Shown here: piece after piece, positions 59,744 through 64,000 of the stretch
Numbering within the stretch: the stretch's first letter is position 1
How the letters are laid out: the number at the start of each line of letters is the position of its first letter
NCBI GenBank assembly: GCA_051294905.1
Contig: CM119371.1
Location: forward strand, 41,108,001-41,172,000
Source: Botryllus schlosseri
Taxonomy: Eukaryota
Length of the DNA: 64,000 bases
Direction of reading: 5' to 3'
Program-made: the position numbers and the translations under genes
Notes under the pieces: model-generated
What the model saw: the letters and a program-made list of their open reading frames with translations, nothing else
What the model was told of the DNA's origin: nothing
The model's database searches: none

Positions 59744-60276
59744 CAGGGTGGTAATGACTCGAGTCATGATGTAACTCGAGTTGCGATTTTCTGATGACTC
59801 GAGTCATTTTCTCAAAATACGGAAATGACTCAATCTGCGTATTGACTCAACTTACACTCGAGTCATTGTGCATGACTCGAATCAAGTCATATGACTCGAG
59901 TCTCAGATGGCTAAGTCCGACATTTCATTGTAATTTCGAAGAATACTAAAGTCATTATTGGGATTGCGTCAATTGGTACTGGTGCTTGAAAATACACCAG
60001 AAACTGCTAAAAGTGAGGAAATTAGTATATTTTGAATGCGAACCACTTGATATCACCAAACAGTGTTATAAAATGTGGTTTTAACAAGACGTAAACTCGA
60101 AACTGAGCAGACAATACAATGACTTGTTTTGGACTCGAGTCATAATACCATACCTCTGCTCACTGACTTGGACTTGGCTCGGTGGGAATTGAAAATGATT
60201 CGACTTGGCTTGAGTTAATGCTATAAAAGTGAGATGGACTTGTGGCTCGGAACCTTGCGACTTGGTTACAACCCTT
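59744..60276. mobile_element. GACTCGAGTC-array MITE (intron 4)
   Basis: CAGGGTGGTAATGACTCGAGTC...GGTTACAACCCTT. Confidence 0.85.
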
Positions 60277-60556
60277 GATTAACCCAGAGCATTGTCACAA
60301 AGCGCAATGAAATTGGTATGGTTGAAAAATACTATATTATCTTAAATGTATTGTACAAATGGTTTTAGATTCTTTGTGGTCGCATAAAATGTACATGTTG
60401 GAACTATTCACATTATCCAAACTGTGACATGACACGATGTCATTATGAGTGATACTCAAATGCTCCACTCAAAGCCTTATACTCAATCCACAACCGGTAT
60501 CACCCAAGTCCCAGGTACTTAATTTGGCGCTGGCTTACAAATTAGATGATGATTAC

Positions 60557-60725
60557 CAGATATTCGAGAGTCTTCGGTATATCCAAAATCGATTTCACTC
60601 CCGCACTGACGACAGTTACCGGGGTACGCCCCAGCTCTGTGAGATCGGAGCTGACATCCATTGTCTCCTCGGCCCCACGATGTACACCGCCTATACCCCC
60701 AGTAACGAAAATCGGAATTTTGCAC
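60557..60725 (-). CDS. PsuG-PfkB exon 4
   Basis: [56 protein letters not shown]. Confidence 0.95.
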
Positions 60726-60958
60726 CTAGCAATAATACAATAGGATATATTTTAATATACTTCATAAAAAATGCACACAAGTAGAAAACAGTGGAGGGTT
60801 TGTTGAAGTGTATCACAGTGGTTCTTGGCCGGGGTTTCACAGTTGGCCAGTAATAGAGTACTTCCCAAGTAAAGTTTTGCTTACCTACACTACTCAACTC
60901 AAGTGATAAGAATGCAATGCTACTTTTACTTCTACCAGACAGTTACATGCGATCTTAC

Positions 60959-61097
60959 CAATGTGCAATCAGCATGGTCGCAGACACAGTGGTTCCGCCC
61001 GTGTGCCCGAATGCAACACATGACGATAACCCTCTGCGAGATATTTTTCTTGTCGACTCGGAAGTGGCCAGGCTTAGCAAGTCGTCATCGGATAAAC
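60959..61097 (-). CDS. PsuG-PfkB exon 3
   Basis: LSDDDLLSLATSESTRKISRRGLSSCVAFGHTGGTTVSATMLIAHW. Confidence 0.92.
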
Positions 61098-61284
61098 CTG
61101 AATTACAAAGGTGTATGGATGGTTTTTGTAATCACAAATTAATTTTTATTGATAAAAAACCAAGATTGCCATATTGTGACAAGACAGAACCCAAAAACAG
61201 CTTAACAGTAAACGAAGGACCTCTATTGTTATTTCATGGCCATTAGCACTGCAGAGTCATTCATGGTATGTAATATGGATATTT

Positions 61285-61380
61285 CTTTTGAATTCTCACT
61301 AGCTGCTGATGGTTAATGCTGATAATTGTCAGTCGAAAACATTTGGGTTCATTTCCATATCGATTTAACACTCAATTGAA
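61285..61380 (+). mobile_element. Highly decayed Penelope pLTR / hammerhead relic
   Basis: GAATTCTCACTAGCTGCTGATGGTTAATGCTGATAATTGTCAGTCGAAAACATTTGGGTTCATTT resembles 5055-5120. Confidence 0.65.
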
Positions 61381-61522
61381 TAATAAAGACATCCATGGTA
61401 TGGTATTTTAAGTTACTCGTTGTTAAGAATCATGTCTGACGTACACTTCAAATTCAAATTTTGGTCGCTTAAATTTGGCTTTCATAACCACCGCTTTACA
61501 AACAATACCGAATTTTTCTTAC

Positions 61523-61608
61523 CTACGTGAATGATTCCATTTATTACGGCAATAGTAGCGGGCACTACATCCTTCTGTCGTACAATATCTTCCACTTCAA
61601 TCGCAGTT
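61523..61608 (-). CDS. PsuG-PfkB exon 2
   Basis: TAIEVEDIVRQKDVVPATIAVINGIIHVG; AG/GT with compatible phases. Confidence 0.92.
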
Positions 61609-62327
61609 CTAGAAAATATATTTTAAACGTCATGCGACTTCGCATTAGTTTGAAAAATTCCACTAAGACAAATGAAGACAAACAATTTGATTCAGAAAGT
61701 ACCTAGAGGTGATCAAAGTAGACAGCGTTCGTACATAAGTAGGAGTAAGGCTGTAAATTTTTATCGAAATACATAGGCCCACCTACATATCTATTCATAA
61801 AACTGCATCAAGCCGAAATAGAATTGCAAAGCACTCCAGTAGTTTCAAAAGGCAGAGGTATCGTACTTTTGGGAATTGATAGAAGATTGCCTTTAAAATT
61901 GCTGGGTGCATCTTCGTGACTATCGGAAAATGACCAACGACACTACAAATACTTGCAACATTCGAAAATATATTGAGTTGTCATGATGCAAGGTCCACTT
62001 CATAAGGTTCTTATAACAATTTCACTCACAATGCTGCATTATCCCAGAAATAATTTCGACGCTTAAAAATCCCATCTGTACAATTTACAGAACTGTGGGA
62101 GCAGTCTGAAAGATTATCCACTTGAACAGTGCAAGCAGACAAAATGTATGTGGCTATTCTGTAAAAGCGCTTCGCTACTGATCCCCTCTGAAATACCGTA
62201 ACCTATCTGTTCTACACAAGGTGCTGCCCACTTTTATGAGCACAGCAAAGATCCTGGCACAAACATCCCATTTTCTGTACAATTCCGGCTATAATTGCTT
62301 GACAGGGTCCAAACAAAATCCATTTAC

Positions 62328-62551
62328 CTGTAGTTCTCGGGATAAGGCATTCCATGAGTGATAATGGTACTCTCGAGTGCAACCACCGGTAACTTTCTCT
62401 TCACAGCATCGCTGACATCAGGATGTATTCTGATTAAATCAGACTGCACTGGTACAGAAGTTGCGCAACGAGACAAAAAGCCTAAATGTGGCTTCACACT
62501 AGCTGCTTTCAGCCTTTGTGCTGTCAACAAACACAGTCTACTGAAAATCAT
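62328..62551 (-). CDS. Bifunctional pseudouridine-5'-phosphate glycosidase (PsuG/IndA-like) - pseudouridine kinase (PfkB), coding exon 1
   Basis: MIFSRLCLL...[21 protein letters not shown] (PsuG signature); donor AG|GTAAAT. Confidence 0.92.
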
Positions 62552-62705
62552 AATGAATGTGGACTAACCATCAAGAAATCACAACCATCTGAAACACATG
62601 TAATTATTATCGTAAAAATAGGAGTATGTAGTTAAAAGTTAGGTACATACAGTAGGCTACATAATGATGAAGTGATGTCAACAGACAACATAAGTACAAC
62701 ACAAG

Positions 62706-62875
62706 TGAATAACAATATATTCATATTGTAATAAACCCTAATATTTTCGGCCAAGACTTCTCAGTGGAATGCTTCAGCAACTAGTTTACGAGAGTCAGCC
62801 GAAAATATTTGGGTTTATTTCAATACGATTGTATTATATAATACTATTTTGAAGTTCTGTGTCTCCAAAAACCTC
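62706..62875. mobile_element. Inverted pair of Penelope pLTR fragments with tail, no ORF
   Basis: ATAAACCCTAATATTTTCGGC faces GCCGAAAATATTTGGGTTTAT; followed by GAAGTTCTGT as in the 5141-5176 tail. Confidence 0.7.
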
Positions 62876-63519
62876 TTCTAACATAATTGCACTCCTAACA
62901 GCATTTTTAACAGATAGACTGCTATCGTATTTAAAACGGTGCCACAGTCGGAAAAACAAATTGCAGCAAGCAGTTTCTTCATAATTTCAAATGATACCAT
63001 GAGCCTATCGAGTTCAGAAAAATGGGTAATATTGCAATCAATGAAATATTTTTGGCATTAATCCCGGACTTATGAATACAATAAGTCTAAATCCAGTGAT
63101 GCAATATTCAAATTCACGGTACAATGTAACGGTTGATGAAGTCATACACAAGAATATACCTATGCGGTCCCAGTTAAATTCTGTAATCACCAAAATGACA
63201 ATTAGTTAAAAGATTGGTTGGAGAAATCGCGAAAGATTCATACTGCTTGTTGCAATCTCAGTTTGAAGTAAAGTACAGGAACCGTTGTGCCCAGTCATGG
63301 TCAGTTGTTTGACTAGGAGATAAAATAGTAAAGTGAACGGATAAAATGATTAGAATGCCGTCACTTCTGAGTGGAGTGGCTATAAACATAAAAAATACCT
63401 GGCGCAGTGTGACAATAATTATGCAATTAATGCGAATTTAAAGGCATACTAGTAAGGATACTAACTATCAAAATAACGAAAGTACAACTGGTCCGCTATT
63501 TATTTTGAACTTTATAACC

Positions 63520-63600
63520 CAGGGGTCACCAACACGCGACCCGCGGGCCGCATGCGGCCCGCCGAGTCCTATTTTGCGGCCCGCGACCTGATTTGAGATT
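63520..63600. mobile_element. hAT-like left terminus
   Basis: CAGGGGTCACCAAC followed by repeated GCGGCCCGC subterminal motifs; no right end in the window. Confidence 0.55.
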
Positions 63601-64000
63601 TCGGAAGAAAGCTAAGAAAACCAATTTGAAATTCTGAAATTGACTACGCGGTGTCAACATGTTGCTGTTGTTGTTTCAAAATAAGCTCTCTTCTGCCCAA
63701 TATCACGATTCGTCACTAGCTAAAACGGCTGTGGTGATGGCAACGACATTCCATCGAGGGAGAATCAGCTGATAAGAATGGGCATACTGTCTTGACTTGC
63801 AATAGCCCAAACACTGCCAAGACCGAGACGCTTTGAAAACGGCTTAAGGCAGTACGTGGTTCCTAAAACTGGGGAGCGCGTGCCCCTTGAGGGGGCGCGA
63901 AAGCATCTGACGGGGAGACGGAGTTGCGCTCAACTAAAAAATTTTTCACGCTCCTCGCAATTTACCTGTAATTCATTGTTTTTGCTCTATGTATAGTCCG

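Noticed and set aside
47944..62551. Recent bacterial horizontal transfer of psuG/psuK
   Set aside because: Thirteen spliceosomal introns, and the fused architecture already known in eukaryotes.

Overview
AT-rich, intron-containing animal genomic DNA (invertebrate-like; the taxon cannot be fixed from the sequence). It has four layers. (1) A young, 5'-truncated Penelope-like retroelement (3230-5176) with RT + GIY-YIG, inverted pseudo-LTRs each carrying a minimal hammerhead ribozyme, a 36-nt tail and a 13-bp TSD; four decayed pLTR/hammerhead relics lie elsewhere. (2) A head-to-tail, all plus-strand cluster (7.5-41 kb) of single-coding-exon C2H2 zinc-finger genes and pseudogenes. They have no visible effector domain and mostly use a non-canonical (A/Y/L)G(I/V)K(N/K/D/E)(H/Y) linker. 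The cluster shows a recent ~4.8/5.4-kb tandem duplication, a swapped terminal finger, a 6-finger block indel and frameshifts. (3) Very dense non-autonomous DNA transposons with 8-bp TSDs (hAT-type), including near-perfect foldbacks and three 3- to 4-level nested stacks. (4) A minus-strand, 14-coding-exon gene (62551-47944, 694 aa) for the bifunctional pseudouridine-5'-phosphate glycosidase / PfkB pseudouridine kinase, with a likely mitochondrial presequence and a U12-type intron. All calls were made by eye; no searches were run.
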